From contig BCKZ01000045.1 in assembly GCA_001600815.1 (NCBI GenBank), positions 1-57,069 of the forward strand: 57,069 bases of DNA. Direction: 5' to 3'. Of the stretch, positions 34,636-45,837 are shown in pieces (within the stretch, counting starts at the first letter, position 1; each line of letters opens with the position of its first letter). The stretch is from Alloascoidea hylecoeti (lineage: Eukaryota). The translations under genes were made by a program, and so were the position numbers. Under the pieces are notes generated by a model. The model was not told where the DNA came from and did not search any database. It saw nothing but the letters and a program-made list of their open reading frames with translations.

Positions 34636-35543
34636 TTTTGCTTGCTATGCCCTTTTTTGTGGCAGTGGAAACATCTGCCTTCTCTCTTTAAGAGATTGAG
34701 TTCCTTCCAGTTCAATCTCTTACCGGGGGTCAGTGCTGCCACTGACATTTCCGTGTCCCCGTCCGCATCTATCCGTCGATTACCATAGTTGTTATATTTA
34801 AATTGATTCCCTCGTCGTCCTTCATTTCTGTTGAAGTTGGCTCTTGGGAACCTTTGCTGCGATTGTAGATGCCTTTCCCTTTCGTGGTACGAGCTCCGTA
34901 GTTCGTCCAGACGTATGGCCCTGGTCATACAGGTTTTCAGGTTTTCGGGGCGGTCTTCCGCCATTCTACTCCTGAGATGGGGCTTCAATCCATCGATAAA
35001 CTTTTGTAATTCTGCTTCCGCACCGTTGGGTGGAAGCAGTCTCAATATTTCTCTGTACTGGTTGACATATTCTGCCGCCGAACCAGTTTGCCTTAGGTCT
35101 AACCATTTTCTGGTTAGAGTATTTATGTAGTCTAACGGGTAGAAGGCTTCTCTTAGTAACTCTTCAAATTCATCAAAAGATCCTTCCCTAGCGTCCTCTC
35201 TGTAGGACGACATGTACCAGGTGTACGCGCTCTTACTCATGAAGTTTGCGGCGTACTTTATTTTGTGTATCTCCGCTGTGTCCAACGGGAATCCACTGAA
35301 ATATTGTTTTAGCATCATAAACCAATTGTCTATGAATTCGGGGTCTCGCTTACCGTCGAATATTTCTATTCTCAACGGTGGCGGTGCAAACGGACTTATT
35401 TGGCTCGTTTGTTGGTATTGCGCGGGTCCTGGCGTAGACCCTTGCACATGCCCAAAGTTGTGGTTATCTGACATTGCGCTCACCACTGATTCGCTCTCAC
35501 TTGCACTAATTTCTTCTTCTGGGTTGTACCCAAATAGTGCCAT
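34611..35543 (-). CDS. Ty3/gypsy Gag with CCHC zinc knuckle
   Basis: FDGKRD, LRQTGSAAEYVNQY, FIDGLKPHLR and CFHCHKKGHSKQNC motifs. Confidence 0.95.
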   Translation of the reverse strand: MALFGYNPEEEISASESESVVSAMSDNHNFGHVQGSTPGPAQYQQTSQISPFAPPPLRIEIFDGKRDPEFIDNWFMMLKQYFSGFPLDTAEIHKIKYAANFMSKSAYTWYMSSYREDAREGSFDEFEELLREAFYPLDYINTLTRKWLDLRQTGSAAEYVNQYREILRLLPPNGAEAELQKFIDGLKPHLRSRMAEDRPENLKTCMTRAIRLDELRSSYHERERHLQSQQRFPRANFNRNEGRRGNQFKYNNYGNRRIDADGDTEMSVAALTPGKRLNWKELNLLKREGRCFHCHKKGHSKQNCPKATQY

Positions 35544-35595
35544 TAATTTCTATCGGTTCGGTTAGTATGTAACTCTGTGAAGCGCCGCTACCAGT

Positions 35596-35815
35596 CTTAA
35601 GGAATCTATCACCAAGTGGTTCTAAATTGCTTATAAGATCTTTTTGTTTGAGTTACACGCTACGACGAACTGATGTCAATTAATTTCTGATAATAACTAA
35701 AAACTTTTATTCCAACTAAATACTTTTATTTATCGTTGATTAAATATCGGCCACTAATAATTTTAAATTTCGTGGTTGTGCTGAGAATTCACTTTTCTGA
35801 TTTACTTCTCATACA
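35596..35815 (-). repeat. 5' LTR of the Ty3/gypsy element
   Basis: Direct repeat of 30216-30435, adjacent to the PBS. Confidence 0.95.
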
Positions 35816-36119
35816 ATGGTTATATGAATTAATGGAACAGTTACTTTAAATAAATGTAAAAAAAGGACCGGTCGTTAAAAACATACAATCATCTACAAAA
35901 AGACACGCAAAAAATGAACTTAATGTTAGTTTGTTGTACAAAATATCCTCTAAGTTTAAGACAACCGCCAAAAACACAAATATATATTAATTCATTAGAT
36001 ATTCCGTGTACATAAATTAATTATCTTAATGGACTCTCCTAGCAATTTTTCACAAGCTCTTCTGTTCGAAATTCAAAGTTTGAAGGTTTCTTCTTTCTTG
36101 TCTCCCTGTTTTTTATCGT

Positions 36120-36900
36120 GTTCATTTCTATCTCTAAAGTTTTCTTCCTACTTGCACATCACTATCAATCAATCGGAATTTCACTGAGAAACTTGGGCTT
36201 TCTACTCCTACCATTTCTCAATTTCTTGGTTGGATTTCTGATGGTGGGTTCGCATTATACACGGAATATCTTCGGTCAATACACATATTTAAGGGACAAA
36301 AGAGCAGTTCTTTGTCGACCACCACACCCCCTTTTATATAACAAAGCTTAATATTAGTTTGCCGATTCTCTTCATAACTTGTAATAATTTGGTATAATTT
36401 TTGGTGCTGGGCTCCTTAAGTTCCTTAATCCTATAGCTATGGATCATGGGGTCAATTAGATTATCAATGGTATTCTAATTTATGAGGTCCGAATATGTTG
36501 AAAGAGAGTCAAAAAATAGCTCTTTCTTCTTTTCCCCACCGTATGGGAACTCATAATCATTCTTGCATTGTGGTGGCTCCTTTTCTGTGTCTATTAAGAT
36601 CCCCCAAACCACTCCACACTGTGAAGCACAACTTTCTTTCCGAGTTTTAGCCTATATCATAACAGACCTATACTTATAGTGGGAATATTTTGAAGTTCTA
36701 ACGCCTTAATTACGTGATTTTTGTCGAGCATAGATCTATACTGTATGTGCTTTTCTAGATCGGCTCCTGTAACGGCCGAACACTCATCGCTAAATACAAC
36801 ACCATCCCTAATGTCATGATTCCCCTCTGACTTATATTTATACAATACCATTCTATTCATTTGGTTCTTCTCGTTCAGACAAGAACATTTACACACCGGA
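36120..36900 (-). pseudogene. Possible decayed Tc1/mariner (DD34E-type) transposase
   Basis: Minus-strand fragments VVFSDECS, FTVWSGLG and a YNANPP/DNAP-like patch occur in the expected order, with many stops and frameshifts. No TIRs were identified. Confidence 0.4.
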
Positions 36901-37479
36901 AGAACACTAGTCCACGTATTAACTTATAACTACAATATTGATTTATAAAATAATTTCCATCGTGAAGTTGAAATAGTTTTATAGTTTATAATTTAATTGA
37001 TTTGAAAATTAATTAATTAGCTATACATATATATTATAAAATCTGTTCTAAATGAAGCTAATTAAGATTGATTTATACCATTTGTAATTAAAAATAAAAT
37101 AAGTAGTGTATTAATATTAATCAATTATATATGATAAATTAATGATAAATAATGTGTGCCGAAAAAATCATATCGCAAAGCAGCGATGAATGCATTGAAT
37201 AATAAAGAAATATTATGGTAGAATATTTGCGCACTACTTATATCTCAGATAATTAAGATTTTATCTTGTAGAATATCATTATTGATTATCCTATTATTTT
37301 ATTGATATGCTGAGTATAGCATTTTATTACATTTTTTAATTATCTTTAAAGTTTTGTATTGTGTCAACTTAACTTACAGATTACTTTTGAGCACTCGGAT
37401 ATTACAGGATGTATGGAATGATCTAATGACAAATATATAATAGAATACGCGCCCGAGAACGTGAGAATTAAGCATCAGA

Positions 37480-40400
37480 AATCAAGTTCAACTTAATAGT
37501 TATCTCAGAACTAACGAAATATATCACTTTTCTAAAGTAAAAGTAAAAGAAACATTTTGTGACAAACTTAATTATAAAACGGGTAATAACCTAAAAAGGA
37601 ATGAACTTTAAGAAATATATGAATTTCTCCAAAATTGAAACCAACAATTTATCGATTATAAGAATAAGAATAAAGATTGTCAAGCCCCAAATTTAATTTA
37701 TATAAATTCTATGTTTTGTTGTTCAACACGCTCAATTTTAATCTTTAACACTTTCATATATATTAAGCCTATAGAAAATTGTCCAGTTTTACAATAGCCA
37801 TTAAGATATATTTGAAATTCTCCACAATTAGAACTCACAATATATCAATTATTAAGTATAAAGAATGCTATGTATGCCTCAAGTTTAATTTCAATATATT
37901 TCAAGCTTATAGCTAAATGTAGTTATTTTACATTTAAATACTATGATACATTTAAAAATTCCAATTTTATATAAAATCGATTAAAATATATTTGGGATTA
38001 TCTAAGATTAAAACTGAGAATTCATCAATTATAACAATAAGGATTGTCAAGCCTCAAATTTGATTTATATAAACTTCATATTTGTTGCTAAACGCGCTCA
38101 TAATAGTGATTGAATAACAGTCCTAAAAAGGTATCAAAGTAGATAATATTAATTTAAAAATTTAAAGATGAAAATTGATATTAATTATAAATAGACCAAA
38201 TTGACGCAAATTTTACAATAGAAGGTTAATGATAATATAATCGATTGAAAATCGAAAGAGTTTAGCAATGAAGTTAGCAATCAGACTACTCAAACAAAAT
38301 AATATAGTTAATTGAAAAAATATGTGAGAAAATTAAATGCTAAACTCCACGGACAGTGAAATTTCCCAAACAATAAATATATATATAAGGTCCTTTTAAG
38401 GTTTAAGCCTGCAATCCAGCCTTGACATTGCGTATGAAATATCCAATTAGATGGTCGTACGGCCATATGAACTTGAAAATCTGATTTATAAAATTAAGCA
38501 TGTGAAATTAAGTTCAGGTTAGATCTGAACAAAATAAAGCTATATGTTCATTATGCACTATAATATGCAGGTATGTAGAACTGTCAATTTGCTAAAATGG
38601 AATGAAGATTAAGAAATATAAACGAAAATCTTCAAAATTGAAACAAATAATTTAGCAACTATAAGAATAAGAATAAGGATTGTCAAGCCTCAAATTTTAT
38701 TCAAATAGATTCCAAGTTTACAGGAAACTTATTGAATTAAAATATATTCATTCTGAATTATGTATTGGAGTGAAGTATTCTTCAGAGGAAGGGGAAGCTT
38801 CCCGCCATTTGTAACTTTAACGAATAGACAAAATAAAACTTAAATAAGATGTGCAAGAGGTTTTATCAATATGGAGCTGAACTTCTTTAAAAAGAAAAGC
38901 ACATATGCTACACCTAATACTTCGGCATAATAAGTGATTCAGAATGAAAATACTTTGTTCCAATAAAACAAATGAGCGCGTTTGCTGCAAACTTGGAATC
39001 TTGAAGAATTTCGTTTATATTCCTTAATCTTCATTCTATTTTGGGCTATTACCTGATTTACCTATAATTTAGTTGATGTCGCAAAATATCCTTGTCACTT
39101 AAGAAAAATACCCGTTTTGACCACATCATAGATAACGGTTAAATTGAAGTTGATTTCACATGCTTCATAGAATGAATCAGATTCTTAGCATCATATTCTT
39201 GCCGCTATCTAACTTGTCAGCGCATACATAATTATAATATCAAAGCTAGTTTGCAGACTTACTATATAACAATAGTGAATTTTTGGGAACTTTCAGAAAC
39301 AGAAGCATCGGCACCGCTACCATTTTCACCTTTCATCTCCTTAAGCCTCACAAGCTCTTTCATTCTTTCAGCAAGTTGTTTAATGTAGTTCTCAAAATCC
39401 ATTTCTGAGGTAATAATAATATAAATATCTGTTTGGGAAAATCAATATATTCTCAGTTGTTACTACAGAAATAGATTTTGAGAAATACATTAAACAACTT
39501 GCTGAAACAAAATTTGGAACTGATTTAACTTAAATTTGGTGTTGACATTCCTCTTATTCTAATAATTTATTACTTGTCAATTTTAATTTTTGATAATTTC
39601 AAACGTATTTTAATCACTAGTACTATTTTAAAACTGGACAATTTTATATGAACTTAAATGTATCATATATTTTTAAGGAATTATTTAAATGTGAGTGCAT
39701 TTAGCAACAAAATTTGGAGTTATTTAAATTGAATTTGGGGCTTACCAATCCATATACAGATAAATGGTAAATTGTCAATTTCAATTTTTTAGTATTATTT
39801 CAATTACATTCTTATCTCTATTGTAAAACTGGACAATATAAACTTAAATATGTCATAACCTTTCAAAGAAAGTATTTAATTATAAAAATAGGCTCGTTTA
39901 GCAAACAAAACATGAAATTACATAAACTAAATTTGAGAATATGACCAAGCATAGACCTGTCAATCTTTATTCTTATAATTGATAAATTATATTTGTAATT
40001 TTGGAGAATCTCGAATATATTTCTTAATGCTTATTCCATTTTAAGAAGATACCTGATTTAAAGTTTGTGTCTTGAAATGTCTTAGAAAAGGTAAAAATTT
40101 CGTTAAAATCTAAGATTTTAGCTGTATATGATAATTAATTCTCAAAATTCACTCCTCTTTTATGAAATTCATCTAATAAGTAGTGTAAAAATAGATGTTC
40201 TACAAGCTTAAACTTATGTGTGTATTATAGCTTTTCGGGATAGTGACACTGAGTGGGAATTGGAGCTCAAACAATTGATAAAATAAAAAACCTAAATAAA
40301 ATGCGAAAAGCTTTGTTACTCTGACACTGAACTTTTAATAGTGTCCAAAAAAGCACCTACGCATACCATTCCTTCTTTCCAACTCCTAATTTCCTGGAAA

Positions 40401-41360
40401 TATGACAATAAACATTTTAGTTTGTAGCCAAATTTACTTATTAAACGACTTTCATAAAATCGTAGAAATGTTGAGCATTAATGAGAAATTTTTAAAAACT
40501 GAAAATGACCGATTGATTAATCTATCAGTTAAAAATAAAAGGGGTATCTATTAAATTAAATTAGTCTTGGACAGAATATTCACATTTTCAGATGATAGAT
40601 TAAGATAAGATGAGATGAGATATATTTAATGAAAGTCTATCTAATCATATGCTAATCTATAGCTATTAGCTAGTTATGCTTGAAATGAGGCGCTGTTGAG
40701 TCAGAATTTGTTTCATCTGAAGATTGCTCTCGAGCTCTTTGAAGTTTAGTAGATGAGATGTGAAATATTATGTCACCTTCCTCAAATAAAAAAAATTTGA
40801 TATTTTGCGACACAAACTTAACTATAATTCGAAACAGGTATTCATTCACCCTAAAAAGAAATGAAGATTAAGAAATATGTTTGAAATTCTCAAAATTAGA
40901 CTAATAATATATCAATTATAAGAATAAGAATTGTCGAGCCACAAATTTAATCTCAATTAATTCCAAATTTATATAGCAGAACGCACCTATTTGTCTATTT
41001 ACATATAAAAAGGTTTGATATATTTAAGTTTGTAGCATAATGTCCAGTTTTACATAAGTTATTAGATAGAAATAAAATAATATCAAATTAAAGAATATAC
41101 TTATTTGAAATTCTCCCAAATTCAAATTAACAATTTATCAATTATAGCGAAGATTGTTATGCCTCAAGTTTAAATGGAAAATAAATTTCAAGTTTGTAAC
41201 TAAACGTGACTTATTTTTTAAATTTAAAGAATTTCCTAAAAGATATTAAAGTTTTTGTAGAGAAATCTCCTAGTAGTTATTGATTGAATACCTATACTTA
41301 AATGGTATCAAAGTAGGGAAAATATTTATTCAGAAATTTTCAAAATGAAAACTGATAATA
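37480..41360. repeat. Cluster of degenerate AT-rich repeats in both orientations
   Basis: The core AATTATAAGAATAAGAATAAGGATTGTCAAGCCTCAAATTT recurs with variation at about 37660, 37850, 38030, 38660, 40915 and 41140 (+) and at about 39550, 39740 and 39960 (-). Confidence 0.75.
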
Positions 41361-43477
41361 TAATTTTTTTTAACTTTTCATATATTTTCCAATTAAATTA
41401 TATAACTAGAAATTATGTAAATTCTGAGGAACTCTACTAGATACTTGTAAATAGTGAAATAAAAACCTCTTTATCATTTCTTCCTATTTTTGTATATTCT
41501 TGACACACTTTTTTCTTCTCTTCTTATGTAACTGTTTACCTAACTGTTTACCTAGATATTTTACTTTTCCAAGTTTTTAGATATTAAAATCCCCCAGTCA
41601 ATCTCATTTAATATTTGTGGTGGTGTCCCTGCAAATCTAATGATTTTTCTTAGCTCAAGTGCCTTTTTGATAGAAGCCCCATTTTTTACTGAATTGATTT
41701 CTTTTGTATTTATGGTCAATAATTTGATCCTTATTCTTTCTCTTTCTAACATCATCTTCTTTAGTATTCTTATTGTTGAGCAATCTTCAAATAGATGTAA
41801 TATGTCGTCTTTACCATGTTGACATCAGATTTTTGCCCCCTTTGTTTTATACTTTTATTATTATATAGCATATGAGTAACATATCCCAAGCTGAGAAAAT
41901 ATATCCATTGTATCTCCTCGGGGTGATCCTTATATATAATTATGGGAAATGTTGGATAGATGGCACACTTAGAAGAGTTCACAAAGAGTTAATTAGCTTT
42001 TTGGCGTAACGACTAGATACAGGCATTTGACAGGAAAGGTCCAGATTGTCACAAAACATCTAACAGGAGGTTAATGAATTAAGTTATAGATCATGCACAA
42101 GGAATAAAGTTGAAAAGATTAAATAGCCAACAGAATATTATAATCAATTGGGAAAGTATCTGTACTATTCTCTAAAAGCTAAGCAACACCTAATACCTAA
42201 ACAGTGACCCTATGCCAAACAATCATTACTTCCAATTTCAAGTAAAACCACCGGTTATAGGCTAATATCGGAATTAGATCAATGTTATTCTGCTTAAAAC
42301 TAGATAAAAAAGCACTATCGTTGAATCTAGGACTATTATCAGTATTCTGGTGATGAATGAAATCAAGCATGGTCAAAATCAAACCAGCAACAGTCGCTCA
42401 GTTTGCTAAATGGTGGAACCAACACAGAATATACTTAAGTCTTCTTGCCTTAGTCAAAATTATAAGACTAGAATGATTATTAGGCCATACTGGTGATGCC
42501 GCCATCCAATAACTTCAATAGTGGTGATAAAGGAAACATTGGTTTAATTAATTGAAGAGCAGCATTTTTAAAACTAAACAACTGGGACATTTAACTTTTT
42601 TATATGAATATAATGACGTGAAATATTCAAGTGGAACATGATCTCCGCTATCATCTAGAAGATTGTCCTCGCCTGAGGTATGGTGTCGGATTATAATTTT
42701 CAAGAATTTCTAAGAATAACATGGTTCTGTGTTGCATAGAACTGGGATTCACACAAAGACGTTTTAAATTTCTGTAATAGACTGGTTTCCTGCTGATAAT
42801 GATCTGTTTGATATCTGACATCTTTGAAACGTAGTTATTACCCAACATGATCTGTTGTACGTAAACTCCCTACTTCTTGAAGCTATTTTCGTTATTATTT
42901 TAGGATTTGAAAAATTAGGACCGATGAAGCACAAGAAGTTTCCAAGAACCCACCAATCTAAAGTAAAAGAGAGCTAGTAGCAAGGCATAATTTGAAATAT
43001 CAGCGAGTAAAGTGAATGTTTTTTTAAATATCTGGAAGCCCCAACAAAGGAGTAGTGTAAAGTTGGAACTTGGGTGGTTGAAAGGAAGATGAAGGGGAAC
43101 CTAAAAACAATGAATACCTGGTATGAGATTTGAGCTATAGAAGCTTTGTGTTGGATCCCTTTTTTACGTAAGACACTGATCAATCTAGTCTCCCTAGCAA
43201 TCCAACTGATCAATGTGTCTCACTCAATAATACTGATTTAATAGCCTCTCTTTGTGTAAGGGCTCTTGGGGATCTCGTGCTTTTACCATGTTTGATGGTT
43301 GTGAGTGGTGAAAAAGAGCAATACTACTTTATATTTTACAATTAAAAAATATATGTTATCGATATCTTACAATTAGAGGTAATTATAAGAAATCCAAATT
43401 TCAAACAGAGGTAACTAGTAATATCTGTAGTATAATCTTCTCAAATTCCATATCTTTAATTTTCAACTCTTTTTCTA

Positions 43478-43790
43478 CTAAATAAAATCCCTTTAAATAG
43501 TATCTTTCCACTTATAATCAGCAATCAATTTAAAATGATAACCCCCATCATCCTTATCCCCATCAGTTTCAAATCCTTTCAATTCATTAATTAAATAAAA
43601 ATATTTATAATTTTAATTTTCCAATCTTTACCACGACCTAGATCTAATTTCCATTCACATTTCTTCATTTTTAACAATCCATTTATTTTTACTAATTGAC
43701 CCATATTCAATCGATAAAGAGATTCTAAAATATGTCCTTTTTTAAATTTGATACCTAAAACTTCAAGTTTAATAGATATTTTATTTTTAT
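43478..43790 (-). pseudogene. Decayed 3' fragment of the CocE/NonD hydrolase gene
   Basis: The reverse complement matches 14370-14435 and 14740-15021 (GTTTTAGGTATCAAATTT, TTAATTAATGAATTGAAAGGATTTGAAA, TTGATTGCTGATTATAAGTGG...GGGATTTTATTTAG), with deletions. Confidence 0.85.
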
Positions 43791-44602
43791 ATTTTATATA
43801 TATATAAAGATTTCTGAAATTTGCGACTGAATGTTAAGGGTTATCATCCTTATTTTTGATCGTTTGAACTAGATCTCTAAATACTTAAATTTGAAAGTTA
43901 TTACACCATTCTCATGTTATAATGATGCTTATGATTTCTATCACTTTTTCAATTTTCCAATATTGTGTGGTGTACGGGTATAAGAATAGAAACCAAATTG
44001 TGAATTTTGCTTTTACTGATCAGAAAAGTCTGTTTATTTAGAAAATTATGGATCCCAGTATTTAGAAATATATTTTGTTTTTAAATATAGACTTTTCTGG
44101 TCAGTGTGGGAATAATCCTACTAATATTCTTCTAACCCGATAGGTTGGTGCTAGAAGCTCTTCTTTTATTTTCGACCTTTGAAAGGCAAGAACAGATGCA
44201 TCTCAAGAGCGAATCATTCTGAAGTAAAACAGTAGCAGGCATTCTTTGAAACATAAACGACTAAACTGAATGGTTAGGTCTCAAAAAAGTAGCAAAACAG
44301 TAGTGCAAAGTTGAAAGTTGAGTGGTTGAAAACAAGCTGATTAAGGGGATCCTTAAAGACAATGAATTTGAGATTTGAGCCAATGAGACACTCCCATCGC
44401 TATGCGTTTTGTTTCTACTTAAAACAGAATCCAGAGAGTATTCCGGGCCCGACTGGTTAATTGTTCAAGAAGATTTATTGCTATGGCGTTTAGTAGTCAT
44501 TTTCTTTTGTCTTGATTCAAGCGCCCTAAGGGATTCTGTAGTAAGAACAGACTGACGCATATGAGACGGGACGTTGATTCTTTTTATAACCTCAGATCAC
44601 AT

Positions 44603-45317
44603 CATAATACCAGCATCATCAACAGAAATTATTCTATTATCATTTGTACATTTACATATATTGTGTACCTCTTGATCTGATAGAATATTTAATAATTTGA
44701 TTGTTTTTAAATCCCAAATCTCTAATTTGTTGTGTTCACTAGCTATTAGTATTTGTCCTTTACTGCCATGGATCTTACTTAATGAAATTGAAATTCTAGA
44801 ATCATTTGACCAGTTTCGTTATTCCAGAATGTATAATGTTATAGCTAGGCTTAGTTATAGACATATAATATCACCATGAATGCAAATTATTTTAACCAAT
44901 TCTTTTTCTTCTAAACGGTATGGTGAAAAAATTGTACTTGATTCTCAGAAGTATCAAGACTTGGTTTTCAAACCCTTATGTAACCACACCCAATACAACA
45001 TACGATATAGGTATAGTGACATGAATTATAAATGATCCAGGACCTACTTTTCCTGGCAATATCAAACGATCCATAGGTCCAAAATCTGGTAATTTCCAAT
45101 GAGATTTGACTTCGTTATCTTTTGTTAATTCCAATATTTCCACTACTGATAAGTTTTCCTTTAAAATCCAAAGCTTTGGTACATCTAATTGTCTTAAAAT
45201 CTCAAAATTCGGTTTGCCTAATACTCTTTAACATTGAAAAGTGTCACTATCTCAAATTATTATTCTGCAATATTATGAACAATTTAAAATCCAATTTTTT
45301 AATTATTTAACACAAAA
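44603..45317 (-). pseudogene. F-box/WD40 pseudogene (paralog 4, WD40 part only)
   Basis: Collinear nucleotide similarity to about 1890-2676 (ACCAGCATCATCAACAGAAAT, CCAGGACCTA, AAAATCTCAAAATT, ACATTGAAAAGTGTCACTATC), with many indels and stops. Confidence 0.85.
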
Positions 45318-45837
45318 CAAGAAGCTAAATACTCTTCCCACAGATATAATGACATGCATATCATTGCATAATAATGCATGTTTCTCACAGAGATAATGAC
45401 ACCTTCCCAACCGTAGCAAATATCAGTTAAAGAATAAATTACAACTAAAGAAGGTGGACAATGAGATAATGCAACAGATGTTAATGAAGCAGTCTCCAAC
45501 TTCCTAATCGAATCATTGGGTTGTACTTTCACCATAATTGAAGATTTTCAAACAGAAAAAAAGTGCAGGTCCATCCCCCAACGAGATTCATCCGTCTCAA
45601 TATTATTGACCAATGCCCCCATTATTATGGTATTGTTGTGTATTCAGTCGAGACTGTTACGATAGATGGAAGCACATTCTTAATTGATAATTCTGTATAT
45701 CAAATCTATATGAAATCTTCAAGATACAGATAGCTGAATGATATGAATGACTACCAGGGCCGAACCCAAAATTTACTACTGATGGAATGACATCACTAAT
45801 TAAGTTAGATGCTACAGGTATATTATTATTTTTAAAA

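Larger units (their letters stand above)
30216..35815 (-). mobile_element. Full-length Ty3/gypsy LTR retrotransposon
   Basis: 220-bp LTRs (30216-30435, 35596-35815) with one visible mismatch; TSD ATGGT at 30211-30215 and 35816-35820; PBS TGGTAGCG (iMet-type) at 35586-35593; PPT AAAAGGGAGGAG at 30436-30447; domain order gag, then PR-RT-RH-IN. Confidence 0.97.
29581..35849 (+). pseudogene. Rnt1/Dcr1-family RNase III domain in three pieces (29581-29672, 30005-30215, 35821-35849)
   Basis: After removing both insertions the sequence reads QSYEHLEFLGDSILNHLTTLNLYQKFPDVDNGILTVKRSSIVNNKRLVQWAHLYGFKH*...SKIYADLIESYIEGLFLEDN/(fs)DKIQPWLYELMEQLL*. There is an internal TGA at 30087. Confidence 0.88.

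Noticed and set aside
30718..35565. Many plus-strand ORFs within the Ty3 element
   Set aside because: Antisense shadows of gag and pol with no independent motifs.
37480..41360. Repeat cluster as a CRISPR array or an rRNA/tRNA locus
   Set aside because: The context is eukaryotic. The repeats are long, degenerate, irregularly spaced and in both orientations, and no RNA-gene structure was seen.
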